DNA from: Synergistaceae bacterium
GTDB lineage: Bacteria > Synergistota > Synergistia > Synergistales > Aminobacteriaceae
DNA: 44,809 bases
Direction: 5' to 3'
Assembly: GCA_017450825.1 (NCBI GenBank)
Contig: JAFSSV010000044.1
Span: forward strand, 1 to 44,809
Program-made: the position numbers and the translations under genes
In this document: one piece after another, positions 9,041 through 17,885 of the stretch
Position numbering within the stretch: position 1 is the first letter of the stretch
How the letters are laid out: each line of letters begins with the position of its first letter
Notes under the pieces: generated by a model
Told to the model about the DNA's origin: nothing
What the model saw: only the letters and a program-made list of their open reading frames with translations
The model's database searches: none

Positions 9041-12000
9041 ATGGACATTGCAAGAGCAAGCATAAAACGCTACGTCGTAATTTTATTTATCTGTCTTCTT
9101 ACTTTGATTGGCGGCGTTATGGCGTATACAGAGATCGGCAAGCTTGAAGACCCTTCGTTCACAATCAAGACCGCCGTTATTAGTGCCGTGTACCCGGGAG
9201 CAAGCGCCGAAGAAGTTGAGCAGGAAGTCACGAGCCGGATTGAAGACGCTGTTCAGGCTATGGGTGAGATCAAGCACATTCGTTCGCGTTCGACTCCGGG
9301 GCTTGCTATTATTTACGTTGATATTAAGGACGAGTACACGAGCAAAGAACTTCCGCAGGTCTGGGACAAGCTAAGACAGAAGGTCAACGATGCAAGCGTA
9401 TATATGCCGACCGGCGCGACTGTCTTAATTAATAACGACTTCGGGGAAGTTTACGGGCAATATTATTCACTCGTGGGCGACGGCTACACTATGAAAGAGC
9501 TGTACGATTATGCAGACTTCCTTAAAAAAAATCTCGTGCTTGTTGACGAAGTAGCAAGCGTAAAAATTCTTGGCGAACAGTCTGAAGTAGTTTACATAGA
9601 ATTTTCACCTTCCAGAATGTCATCGTTAGGCCTGTCGCCTTTAGCAGTGCTTGGAATTTTGACGCAGCAAAATACTTTAACGAGTGTCGGCGATATAACT
9701 TTAGGCGATAGATATATCAGAGTATCTCCTACGGGCGGCATTCTTTCTGTTGAAGATATTGGCGACTTGGTGATCGGCAACGCAGGAGGAAATTTAACCC
9801 GCCTGAAAGATGTTGCGACAGTCCGAAGAGCTTATGCCGAACCTCAAAGCTTCAAGCTGAAATTTAATAACCGTCCCGCGCTTGCTATAGGAATTTCGAC
9901 AGTCGAAGGCGGCAACGTCGTCAACATGGGCCGGGCTGTCGCGAAGAGACTCAAAGAGCTTGAAGAGTTCCGCCCGGTAGGAATCGAACTCAATGAAATT
10001 TATATGCAGTCTGAACAGGTCGTGAAGTCCGTCAATGATTTCTTGATTAATTTAATTGAAAGCCTTGCGATAGTCGTAGGAGTGTTATTAATTTTCATGG
10101 GCCTTCGGTCGGGATTGATAATCGGTCTTGTGTTGTTAATCACAGTCGCGGGGACTTTCATAATCATGAACTTCAACGGAATAACGCTCCAGATTGTTTC
10201 GCTTGCGGCTTTGATTATTGCGCTTGGTTCTCTTGTTGATAATGGAATTGTCGTAGCTGAAGGAATGTTAGTAGGAACTGAACGGGGCAAGAGTCTTGAA
10301 GACGCAGCCTCCGAGTCTGTTGAAGGTTCAAAGTGGGCAATGCTGGGAGGAACTTTTATAGCTGTCTTGGCTTTCGCTCCGATTGGGCTAGCGAACGTTC
10401 AGGCCGGAGAATTTTTGCGTAGCTTGTTTCAGGTTGTCGGGATCTCAATGGCTTTGAGCTGGATTGCGGCGTTAGTAGCAGCGCCGGCGCTTGGAAAAAT
10501 ATTTTTGAAGCCTTCAAAGCAAGAGGGCGATCCTTACGACAGTTTTTTATTCAGGACGTACAGAAAGATTCTTGAGGCTTGCCTGCGTCACAGAGCCTTG
10601 ACGGTCTTAACAACTATAGCAATGTTTGCGGGATCGCTTTATATTTTCTCAACAATGCCGACATCGTTCTTCCCGGACGCGCAGACTGTATATTTCAACG
10701 TTGACTTATGGAGTCCCGAAGGAACTTCAATCGAAGCACAGGAGCGGGCGACTCAAAAACTTGTTGACTATATAACCTCCGAAGGCAAAGTCAAAAATGT
10801 TTCGCAGTTTATAGGCGGAGGCGGCTTGCGATTCATGCTGACCTATTCGCCTCCGGAAAATAACACGGCGTTTTCTCAGTTAATGGTAGAAATGGAAGAC
10901 GCTAAGGACACAAGAGAATTACTCTTGAAGACTCAGGCTTACATTGACGAACGAATGCCGGAGCTTGACGGATATTGCCGACTCTTCGCAAGAGGAAGCG
11001 GAATGAGCGAGAAAATAGGCGTGAGATTTTACGGCCAAGACCCGGAAATTTTAAGGGCGCTTGCTAAGAAAGCCTGTGAGATTTTGCAGGACGACCCGGC
11101 GAGTCAATTTGTCCGTGACAGTTGGCGTGAAAGAGTCGAAGTTATTGAGCCAAAAATCTTAAAAGATCAAATGCAGAGCCTTGGCCTGTCGCGTCCGATA
11201 ATAAATCAGTCAATTTTAGCGGCGACTACCGGCGCAACTATCGGAGCATTTCGTGACGGCGATAAGTCACTTTCAATCAAATTAGCTTTCACTCCCGAAG
11301 AGCGCAATAAAATTGAACTGTTAAGTTCTATGCCTGTATGGGCAATGGCGGCAAACAAAGCTGTACCCCTTGGCACTGTCTTTTCGAGTTTAGAGACGAA
11401 GTTTGAGGACAATATAATAATGCGCCGCGACCGAAGCCGATATATAACGGCAATGAGCGAAGTAAAGTTCGGGCGGAACGCCGATGCAATGTTAGCAAGA
11501 GTCACGCCTAAGATCGAAGCTCTTGAACTTCCCTTGGGTTATTCGCTTGAATGGGGAGGCGAGCATGAGCTTTCAGACGAGTCACTTGAAGGAATGGCCG
11601 TATCATTTCCTTCGGCGGTCTTAATAATGTTTATTATTATGGTCTTCCTGTTCAATGGATTTAGACAGACGATAATAATTTTTATTTCGCTGCCTTTGAT
11701 TTTGATTGGAGTCGTAGGGGGCTTATGGCTTATGGGAATGGATGTGAGCTTCTTGGCTATCGTAGGACTTTTGAGTCTTGTCGGAATGCTTGCGAAAAAT
11801 TCTATTGTCTTGCTTGACCAAGTTAGCGCGGACTTTGCCGCGGGCCGTGACAAGTACGAAGCAATAGTCGAGGACGGAGTAGGACGTTTGCGCCCTGTCG
11901 CTATGTCTGCTCTTACAACTGGATTAGGAATGATACCGTTAATATGGGATGTAATGTTCGGGCCAATGGCCGTTACTATCATGGCCGGCTTGACGGTCAG

Positions 12001-12067
12001 CACGATTTTGACTCTGTTAGTTATTCCGGTTTTGACGGCGATAGCTTATAACGTTGAGAAGAAATAA
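9041..12067 (+). CDS. Efflux RND transporter permease subunit (AcrB/AcrD/AcrF family)
   Basis: 1008 aa with a 12-TM architecture and two large periplasmic loops. AcrB-like segments include SLAIVVGVLLIFMGLRSG and LVDNGIVVAEG. It starts 7 nt after the adaptor gene. Confidence 0.9.
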   Translation: MDIARASIKRYVVILFICLLTLIGGVMAYTEIGKLEDPSFTIKTAVISAVYPGASAEEVEQEVTSRIEDAVQAMGEIKHIRSRSTPGLAIIYVDIKDEYTSKELPQVWDKLRQKVNDASVYMPTGATVLINNDFGEVYGQYYSLVGDGYTMKELYDYADFLKKNLVLVDEVASVKILGEQSEVVYIEFSPSRMSSLGLSPLAVLGILTQQNTLTSVGDITLGDRYIRVSPTGGILSVEDIGDLVIGNAGGNLTRLKDVATVRRAYAEPQSFKLKFNNRPALAIGISTVEGGNVVNMGRAVAKRLKELEEFRPVGIELNEIYMQSEQVVKSVNDFLINLIESLAIVVGVLLIFMGLRSGLIIGLVLLITVAGTFIIMNFNGITLQIVSLAALIIALGSLVDNGIVVAEGMLVGTERGKSLEDAASESVEGSKWAMLGGTFIAVLAFAPIGLANVQAGEFLRSLFQVVGISMALSWIAALVAAPALGKIFLKPSKQEGDPYDSFLFRTYRKILEACLRHRALTVLTTIAMFAGSLYIFSTMPTSFFPDAQTVYFNVDLWSPEGTSIEAQERATQKLVDYITSEGKVKNVSQFIGGGGLRFMLTYSPPENNTAFSQLMVEMEDAKDTRELLLKTQAYIDERMPELDGYCRLFARGSGMSEKIGVRFYGQDPEILRALAKKACEILQDDPASQFVRDSWRERVEVIEPKILKDQMQSLGLSRPIINQSILAATTGATIGAFRDGDKSLSIKLAFTPEERNKIELLSSMPVWAMAANKAVPLGTVFSSLETKFEDNIIMRRDRSRYITAMSEVKFGRNADAMLARVTPKIEALELPLGYSLEWGGEHELSDESLEGMAVSFPSAVLIMFIIMVFLFNGFRQTIIIFISLPLILIGVVGGLWLMGMDVSFLAIVGLLSLVGMLAKNSIVLLDQVSADFAAGRDKYEAIVEDGVGRLRPVAMSALTTGLGMIPLIWDVMFGPMAVTIMAGLTVSTILTLLVIPVLTAIAYNVEKK

Positions 12068-12094
12068 ATAATATTCTCGCCTCCTTCTTTTTTT

Positions 12095-12276
12095 AATAAC
12101 CCTCACCACCGCAAGCGTTTTTTGAGTAAGGAATCCCCCCGCCGCAAGCGGCCCTCCCCCCTTAAAAGGGGGGCTCTAGGATATTACTAACAAAGCCTCC
12201 CCTTGGGGAGGTGGTGAACGAAGTGAACCGGAGGGGGTTGCTTTCCAACGAGCCATGAAGTGGCGAGGGGGTTATT
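12095..12276. repeat. GC-rich mosaic hairpin repeat, locus C (between convergent genes), with MITE-like imperfect terminal inverted repeats
   Basis: The ends are AATAACCCTCACCACC (12095-12110) and GTGGCGAGGGGGTTATT (12260-12276, reverse complement AATAACCCCCTCGCCAC). Hairpins include GCCGC-aa-GCGGC and CCCCCCT-taaa-AGGGGGG. The core module CCTCCCCTTGGGGAGGTGGTGAACGAAGTGAACCGGAGGGGGTT is shared with loci A, B and D. Confidence 0.85.
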
Positions 12277-12300
12277 TTTTAAGAAAAAGGAATTGCTTGT

Positions 12301-12918
12301 TTAATAAAACCCTATGACAGCAGTCACGGATTTTATTGGGCTCATCATCATTGAGCGGGTCACCGAGAGGCCGATTTGTTTAGCCGCATTAAGAAGGCTA
12401 ATGATCTCCTCGGTGACTTCCATTTTTAAATCGCCGTAGCCCGGACTGAAACGCGACGTTAAAAATTCTCCGGCTTTGAGGCCCGGGACGATTTGATTTT
12501 TAATATATTCGTTTAAGAAGTCATCGACTTGAACAGACGCGGCCGAGTCCAGTGCGAGTCCTTCGAGCATGTTTTTCTGTTGAGCTAAAGAAATTTGCCT
12601 GTCAACTTCGTGCCCGAGTGTCGCGGCTATTAAGATACATTTATCAGCCCGGGCCGTTAAGCGCGCAATATCTTTGCTGAAGATACTAGCGCCTTCGATT
12701 TCAATTCCGCCGTCAAAATGAATCAGCTTGAACTCCCTCCAGATACAACGGGGAGTCATAAAGCCCTCAAGCCTTTGAAAAGCGTTGTCTATAATTTGAA
12801 TAAGCTCGTGATCGTTTTCAGCGTCACGAGCTTTCATGTATCGCAAGGCGTTAATTATCAGCCTTTTCTCTGCGGGCATATCTCTTAGTGTAAAGCACTG
12901 AACGAATCCCCGCGTCAA
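12301..12918 (-). CDS. Stand-alone vitamin-B12-dependent methionine synthase activation-domain protein
   Basis: 205 aa. The C-terminal RFSPGYGDL...IGLSVTRSMMMSPIKSVTAVIGF matches the MetH AdoMet-binding (reactivation) domain signature. It lies downstream of metF, as in Thermotoga and Clostridia. The track start overlaps metF by 68 nt, so an internal Met at 12879 or 12840 may be the true start. Confidence 0.75.
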   Translation of the reverse strand: MTRGFVQCFTLRDMPAEKRLIINALRYMKARDAENDHELIQIIDNAFQRLEGFMTPRCIWREFKLIHFDGGIEIEGASIFSKDIARLTARADKCILIAATLGHEVDRQISLAQQKNMLEGLALDSAASVQVDDFLNEYIKNQIVPGLKAGEFLTSRFSPGYGDLKMEVTEEIISLLNAAKQIGLSVTRSMMMSPIKSVTAVIGFY

Positions 12919-13744
12919 TACGCCGGACAGTATCAGCTTGATTCATTGTGTAAAGGTGAACGCCGTCAACGTCACGCGCTAATAAATCTATTAACTGTTC
13001 AGTAGCGTAAGCAATACCGGCTTCTTTAATCGCGGCTTGATTATGTCCGTAAGCATTAACGAAGCGGCGGACTCTTTCCGGGACTGAAGCTCCGCACATC
13101 TCAACGACCTTTGAAATCTGTGACGCGGCTGTTATCGGCATGACCCCGGCTATAATAGGTTGAGTTATGCCGATTGCGCGAGCCTCTTCACGCCATTGAC
13201 AAAAAATATCGTTGTCAAAAAATAATTGCGAGATAAGAGCCTTGACTCCAAGATCGCATTTTTCTTTTAAGTGCAGCAAGTCTTCTTTTATTGACTTGGC
13301 CTCGGGGTGTTTCTCCGGGTAACAGGCCGCGAATACGTCGAAGTCATTTCCGTATTCTTTTTTAATGAATGCGATTAATTCTGAAGCGTAATGAAAATCT
13401 CCAAGATCGGACTCGTCTTTGAGATCGCCGCGCAAAGCTAAAATATTTTTTACTCCGTTAGCTTTTAATTGATTCAGAATGCTTCTAATATTTTCGCGCG
13501 TTGTTCCTACGCAGGTAAGATGAGCTACGCCGCAGACGTTGTATTTATTTTGAATTCCTGAAGTAATTTCTACGGTGTTGTCACGGCTTGAACCTCCAGC
13601 TCCGTAAGTCACGCTGATTAAATCCGGCGTGAAGCTCACTAAACTATCAATTACTGCATAAGTTCCAGCGGTGCTGGCGTTGCCCTTGGGCGGGAAGATT
13701 TCAAACGTGTAACTGGGCGCGGGCCTTTCAAAAAATCCTTCCAT
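12851..13744 (-). CDS. metF: 5,10-methylenetetrahydrofolate reductase
   Basis: 297 aa. Typical MetF features are present: the N-terminal FEIFPPKG, SVTYGAGGS, HLTC and LALRGD. Confidence 0.9.
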   Translation of the reverse strand: MEGFFERPAPSYTFEIFPPKGNASTAGTYAVIDSLVSFTPDLISVTYGAGGSSRDNTVEITSGIQNKYNVCGVAHLTCVGTTRENIRSILNQLKANGVKNILALRGDLKDESDLGDFHYASELIAFIKKEYGNDFDVFAACYPEKHPEAKSIKEDLLHLKEKCDLGVKALISQLFFDNDIFCQWREEARAIGITQPIIAGVMPITAASQISKVVEMCGASVPERVRRFVNAYGHNQAAIKEAGIAYATEQLIDLLARDVDGVHLYTMNQADTVRRIDAGIRSVLYTKRYARREKADN

Positions 13745-13774
13745 TAATAAATATCTCCTTTCAGTTTTGACTCT

Positions 13775-14659
13775 TCATTGACTCAAGAGCCATTCTCTAA
13801 GGGCCGTTATCTTATAAACATAATCGAACGAACTCATGTGTTCTGAAAAATTTTTTGAGCTGTCGATCCCTTCGGGCAAGGTTGAGCCGGCTTTGAACGT
13901 TATGAAGTTTGCGTACTGTGACGGGAAGATAAACACGCGGGGATCTTTAGCGTCGATATTTTTATAAGCTACGTAAGGGACTCCGGCCTCGTCAAAAAAT
14001 TTTATAACTTCGCTTTGACCTTTTGAAGCTTTCTCATCTCCAGCGGAAGCCGCGTAAATAAATTTCACGGTCTTCAATCCTTCAAGCTCTTTGATATTCC
14101 ACTGTCCCGACACGAACAAACAAGCCGTAAATAAATCCGGATACTTTGAAGCAAGTAATAAAAGAGTCATGCAGCCCATTGACTGTCCAGTCGCGTAAAC
14201 TCTTTTGGGATTAAGCTTATAATTTTTTATTGAGTGCCGAACGAATCGCGCTGTAAGTTCTACATAGTCCGTAGTCTTAAAACCATTGTGATCGTCAAGA
14301 ATAATTTCCGGGTAAGTCGGAACGATAACAACTGCGTCATGTTCAGTCCAGACTAAAGCTCCGTAACCTTGAGTGACAGAAAACTCCGTGGCCTTGCCTG
14401 CCGCGCTTGCGTCAGCGATAAAAAATACAACGGGAAAATTTTTTTCGGGCGAATAATTTTCAGGCAAGTAAATATCATAAGAAAGATCCAAGCCTGTCAC
14501 TTCGTCATGAAAATTTTTGACAGTGAATTTTTTTGCTGAAGTGCTGATTAAATTTTGCAGAGTCTCATCGCCTGATTTATCCGGGTGAAGCATTGCTGCT
14601 TGTGTCGAAAATGCCAAGGCCAGAACTAACGCAAGAGCAAGAAAAATTTTTAACTTCAT
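13775..14659 (-). CDS. Secreted alpha/beta-hydrolase (esterase/lipase-like)
   Basis: 294 aa. It has the signal peptide MKLKIFLALALVLALAFSTQA and a nucleophile elbow GQSMG. Its start overlaps the speD stop by 4 nt. Confidence 0.7.
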   Translation of the reverse strand: MKLKIFLALALVLALAFSTQAAMLHPDKSGDETLQNLISTSAKKFTVKNFHDEVTGLDLSYDIYLPENYSPEKNFPVVFFIADASAAGKATEFSVTQGYGALVWTEHDAVVIVPTYPEIILDDHNGFKTTDYVELTARFVRHSIKNYKLNPKRVYATGQSMGCMTLLLLASKYPDLFTACLFVSGQWNIKELEGLKTVKFIYAASAGDEKASKGQSEVIKFFDEAGVPYVAYKNIDAKDPRVFIFPSQYANFITFKAGSTLPEGIDSSKNFSEHMSSFDYVYKITALREWLLSQ

Positions 14660-15069
14660 TCTTTCTTCCCGTCGACTCGATTTTCTTCCCAGGTTATGAA
14701 CGAGTGATAGAAGACTTTATCATTATCATCAAGTCCGCGGGTTATTTCAGTTATGTGAATGTGCTTTGCCTTGACCTGTTCAAGAACGTAATCGACAGCC
14801 AGCATAGGCTCGGTATGAGCGCCGCAGGTATAAATATCCAGCGCCATATAATTTACTTCGGGCCAAGTGTGAACGGATAAATGCGACTCACTTATAACTA
14901 CAATGCCGCTGACTCCGTTGGGCGGAAATTTATTGAAGGACACGGACCAAACTTGAGCGTGAGCTCTTTTGGCAGCTTCAACAAGAATATCTTGAAGCTT
15001 AGGAACATTAGTAATTGTATCATCGCAGCCTGAAACCTCTACGATATAGTGAACGCCTTTCGGGGACAA
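14656..15069 (-). CDS. speD: S-adenosylmethionine decarboxylase proenzyme (small prokaryotic class)
   Basis: 137 aa. The self-processing site context VVISESHLSVHTWPE and DIYTCG are characteristic. The TTG start at 15069 is preceded by AGGAGGG 9 nt upstream. Confidence 0.9.
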   Translation of the reverse strand: MSPKGVHYIVEVSGCDDTITNVPKLQDILVEAAKRAHAQVWSVSFNKFPPNGVSGIVVISESHLSVHTWPEVNYMALDIYTCGAHTEPMLAVDYVLEQVKAKHIHITEITRGLDDNDKVFYHSFITWEENRVDGKKE

Positions 15070-15144
15070 AATGAATCACCCTCCTGAAATATGAAATTGT
15101 GAGATGAAAATTTTTTTTAGAAATTATATCTTATCATAAAAAAT

Positions 15145-15375
15145 AAGCCCCCCTTGGGGAGGTTTTAGTAATATTTTGAAATAACCTCCTCGCCAGCAAG
15201 CGGTTTTTGAGTAAGGAATCCCCCCGCCGCAAGCGGCCCTCCCCCCTTAAAAGGGGGGCTTATAGTAATGCTAATCAAGCCTCCCCTTGGGGAGGTGGTG
15301 AGCGAAGCGAACCGGAGGGGGTGAATTTTAAAGAAAGGGGAAGTGGCGCAACGAAACTAAGCGGCGGAGGGTATT
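15145..15375. repeat. GC-rich mosaic hairpin repeat, locus D (between the gmd 3' end and the speD 5' end)
   Basis: A 57-nt block at 15204-15260 is identical to 12119-12175. The block at 15277-15322 matches 12193-12238 at 44 of 46 positions. There is an extra hairpin AAGCCCCCCTTGGGGAGG at 15145-15162 and a second degenerate unit at about 15331-15373. Confidence 0.9.
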
Positions 15376-15397
15376 GAGTCTTAAAAAAGTTTTTCTT

Positions 15398-16489
15398 TTA
15401 AACTTCTTCTAATGCGCTTGTAACTTTATAGCCTGCGTTACGGATCAAGATTTCTTTCTGGAAGACTTCGAGATCATATTTAACCATGCGGCGAACTAAC
15501 TCTTCAAAAGAAACTTTTCTCTTCCAGCCTAAAACTTTTTCGGCCTTTGAGGGATCGCCTAAAAGCAAATCGACTTCAGTCGGCCTGAAATATTGCGGAT
15601 CAATTTCAATCACGACCCGCCCGGTCTTTGAGTCGATTCCCTTCTCGTTGACTCCTTGGCCTTGCCATTCGATATTAATTCCTACTTCTTTGAAAGCAAG
15701 CTCGGCGAATTCTCTTACTGAATGAGTCTCGCCCGTAGCGATAACAAAATCTTCGGGCTTCTCTTGCTGTAAGATCAGCCACATAGCTTCGACATAATCT
15801 TCAGAATGTCCCCAGTCACGTTTAGAGTTTAAATTTCCAAGGTAAGTTTTATCTTGAAGGCCAAGAGAAATTTTAGCGGCCGCTCGTGTGATTTTACGGG
15901 TTACGAAAGTTTCGCCCCGAAGTTCGGACTCATGATTGAATAAAATTCCGTTGCAGGCAAACATGTTATAAGCTTCTCTGTAATTTACCGTTATCCAGTA
16001 AGCATAAAGCTTAGCTGCAGCGTAAGGACTTCTAGGATAAAAAGGAGTCGTTTCTTTCTGCGGGATCTCTTGGACTTTGCCGTAGAGTTCGCTCGTTGAA
16101 GCCTGATAAAATTTCGTATGACCTTCAAGCCCTAAAATTCTTATAGCCTCAAGGAGTCTTAAAGTCCCAAGCCCGTCCGAGTCTGCTGTATACTCTGGAG
16201 CTTCAAAAGAGACTCTAACGTGACTTTGAGCGGCCAGATTATAAATTTCATCGGGTTGAATTTTCTGCACCATGCGAATCAAATTTGAAGCGTCAGTTAA
16301 ATCTCCGTAGTGAAGAAAAAATTTATGTCCTTCGTCGTGAAGGTCTTTATAAAATCCGTCAATCCTTGCTGTGTTGAAAAGCGAACTGCGGCGTTTGAGG
16401 CCGTGAACCTCATAACCCTTGCGCAATAAAAACGAAGTCAAATATGCTCCGTCTTGGCCGGTTATACCGGTGATTAAAGCTTTCTTCAT
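15398..16489 (-). CDS. gmd: GDP-mannose 4,6-dehydratase
   Basis: 363 aa. It has the N-terminal [16 protein letters not shown] Rossmann motif, the catalytic YAAAKLY and [16 protein letters not shown]. Confidence 0.93.
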   Translation of the reverse strand: MKKALITGITGQDGAYLTSFLLRKGYEVHGLKRRSSLFNTARIDGFYKDLHDEGHKFFLHYGDLTDASNLIRMVQKIQPDEIYNLAAQSHVRVSFEAPEYTADSDGLGTLRLLEAIRILGLEGHTKFYQASTSELYGKVQEIPQKETTPFYPRSPYAAAKLYAYWITVNYREAYNMFACNGILFNHESELRGETFVTRKITRAAAKISLGLQDKTYLGNLNSKRDWGHSEDYVEAMWLILQQEKPEDFVIATGETHSVREFAELAFKEVGINIEWQGQGVNEKGIDSKTGRVVIEIDPQYFRPTEVDLLLGDPSKAEKVLGWKRKVSFEELVRRMVKYDLEVFQKEILIRNAGYKVTSALEEV

Positions 16490-16497
16490 TTTTTAAA

Positions 16498-17862
16498 TTA
16501 ATTCTCCTTTTTTAGATTTTCTTTTAGAATCTCAGCTATTTCATTATCAAAATTCATTAAGGCGTGAGATAAGGCGGTCATGCCTTTATGGTCTCTTATA
16601 TTGAGATCGGCTCCGTTATTAATTAAGAACTTTACTATTTGAAGCTGTGTTTCCCGTCGTGAGAACGCGTAGAAAATTGAAAGGGCCAGCCACAAGCGCA
16701 CGCCTTTGGCCCTGATTGCTCCTGTTCGTATAAGAGCAGAGATTGAGAAGTCGGGTATTCTGTCTTGGCCGTTGATTGTCCACATTAAAGCCGTATAACC
16801 TTTTTCGTCTTGAATATTAGGATCTGCTCCGAATTCAAGAAGACTTTTAATGACTCCGTCCTCGCTGTCGCCGTCAATCGCGGCCAACATCAAGGGCGTT
16901 CTACCGTTGTTATCTTTTAAATTCGGGTTGCCTCCGTTAGACAGGAGCAGCCTTAAAATTTTGTTGCTTGTCAAGATTGAGAACATTATCGAAGACTTTC
17001 CGCTATAGTCAAGAAAATTAGGATCAGCTCCGGCGTTTAAAAGTATCTTGACTATATCGGGCCTGTCCATGGAGATTGCAAGATTTAAAACGTTGCTGAA
17101 GGCTCCTTCGTCAAAAAAAATTTTTTGATCTATATCTGCTCCTCTTTTTATTAAAAGCTTAATCATTTTAAGAATCTCCGGGCTGGAATTTGAGTGGAGT
17201 ATCGCAGCAGAAAGCGGCGTTTGATTTGCAAGGCATGGTTTATTTATATCTGCTCCGGCTTTGAGCAGCAAGTCCATTAACTTTAAATTATTTTCTTTTA
17301 TTGCTAAGACCATCGCCCTATCATAATCTGCTCCGGCGGCTATGAGCGCTTTGACAATACCCGGAGAAATTTTCAGCAGGCCGTCGTTGAACAACATGGA
17401 CAAATAAGTCAAAGCCGTTTCCCCTTCTTCTCCTTCCTTTGATACTATTGCGTTGACATCTGCGCCAAGCTTTATTAAAAATCTAACCATTTTTAAATTA
17501 TTAATTGTCGCAGCGTAGAAAAGAGGAGTCCGGCCTCTTTCGTCTTTGGTGTTTATTCCTATTCTTTTGGTAAGGTATTTGACCATAATTTTATCGTCAG
17601 CGTTCAGCGAGATCATATACGCAGGGAAAGGTTCAGCGCCCCTATCCAGCAAAATTTTCACCGCCTCAAGATTACCGCCCGCTACGGCCGCAATCAACGG
17701 CGTATAGTCAGCGCCGTACATATTGACTGCTTCTTCAAGGTCGTAGCCGTTATCTATAAACCATTCGATCTCTTCACTGGAGTGAGTGAAGCAGCTCCGG
17801 ACAAATTTTTCCTGCGGGGTCATTTCTTCTTCGTCTTCGTAATATTCGTCGTCGTAATACAT
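16498..17862 (-). CDS. Ankyrin-repeat protein
   Basis: 454 aa with at least 9 recognisable ANK units (for example GRTPLFYAA..NNLKMVRFLIKLGADVN and GRTPLMLAA...LLEFGADPN). The N-terminus MYYDDEYYEDEEE is acidic and there is no signal peptide. Confidence 0.85.
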   Translation of the reverse strand: MYYDDEYYEDEEEMTPQEKFVRSCFTHSSEEIEWFIDNGYDLEEAVNMYGADYTPLIAAVAGGNLEAVKILLDRGAEPFPAYMISLNADDKIMVKYLTKRIGINTKDERGRTPLFYAATINNLKMVRFLIKLGADVNAIVSKEGEEGETALTYLSMLFNDGLLKISPGIVKALIAAGADYDRAMVLAIKENNLKLMDLLLKAGADINKPCLANQTPLSAAILHSNSSPEILKMIKLLIKRGADIDQKIFFDEGAFSNVLNLAISMDRPDIVKILLNAGADPNFLDYSGKSSIMFSILTSNKILRLLLSNGGNPNLKDNNGRTPLMLAAIDGDSEDGVIKSLLEFGADPNIQDEKGYTALMWTINGQDRIPDFSISALIRTGAIRAKGVRLWLALSIFYAFSRRETQLQIVKFLINNGADLNIRDHKGMTALSHALMNFDNEIAEILKENLKKEN

Positions 17863-17885
17863 AAAAATTTTTTTCTTTCTTATTT

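Noticed and set aside
7817-12067. An RND adaptor and pump pair without an outer-membrane factor gene.
   Set aside because: Outer-membrane channels are commonly encoded elsewhere (as with E. coli tolC), so this is an ordinary arrangement.
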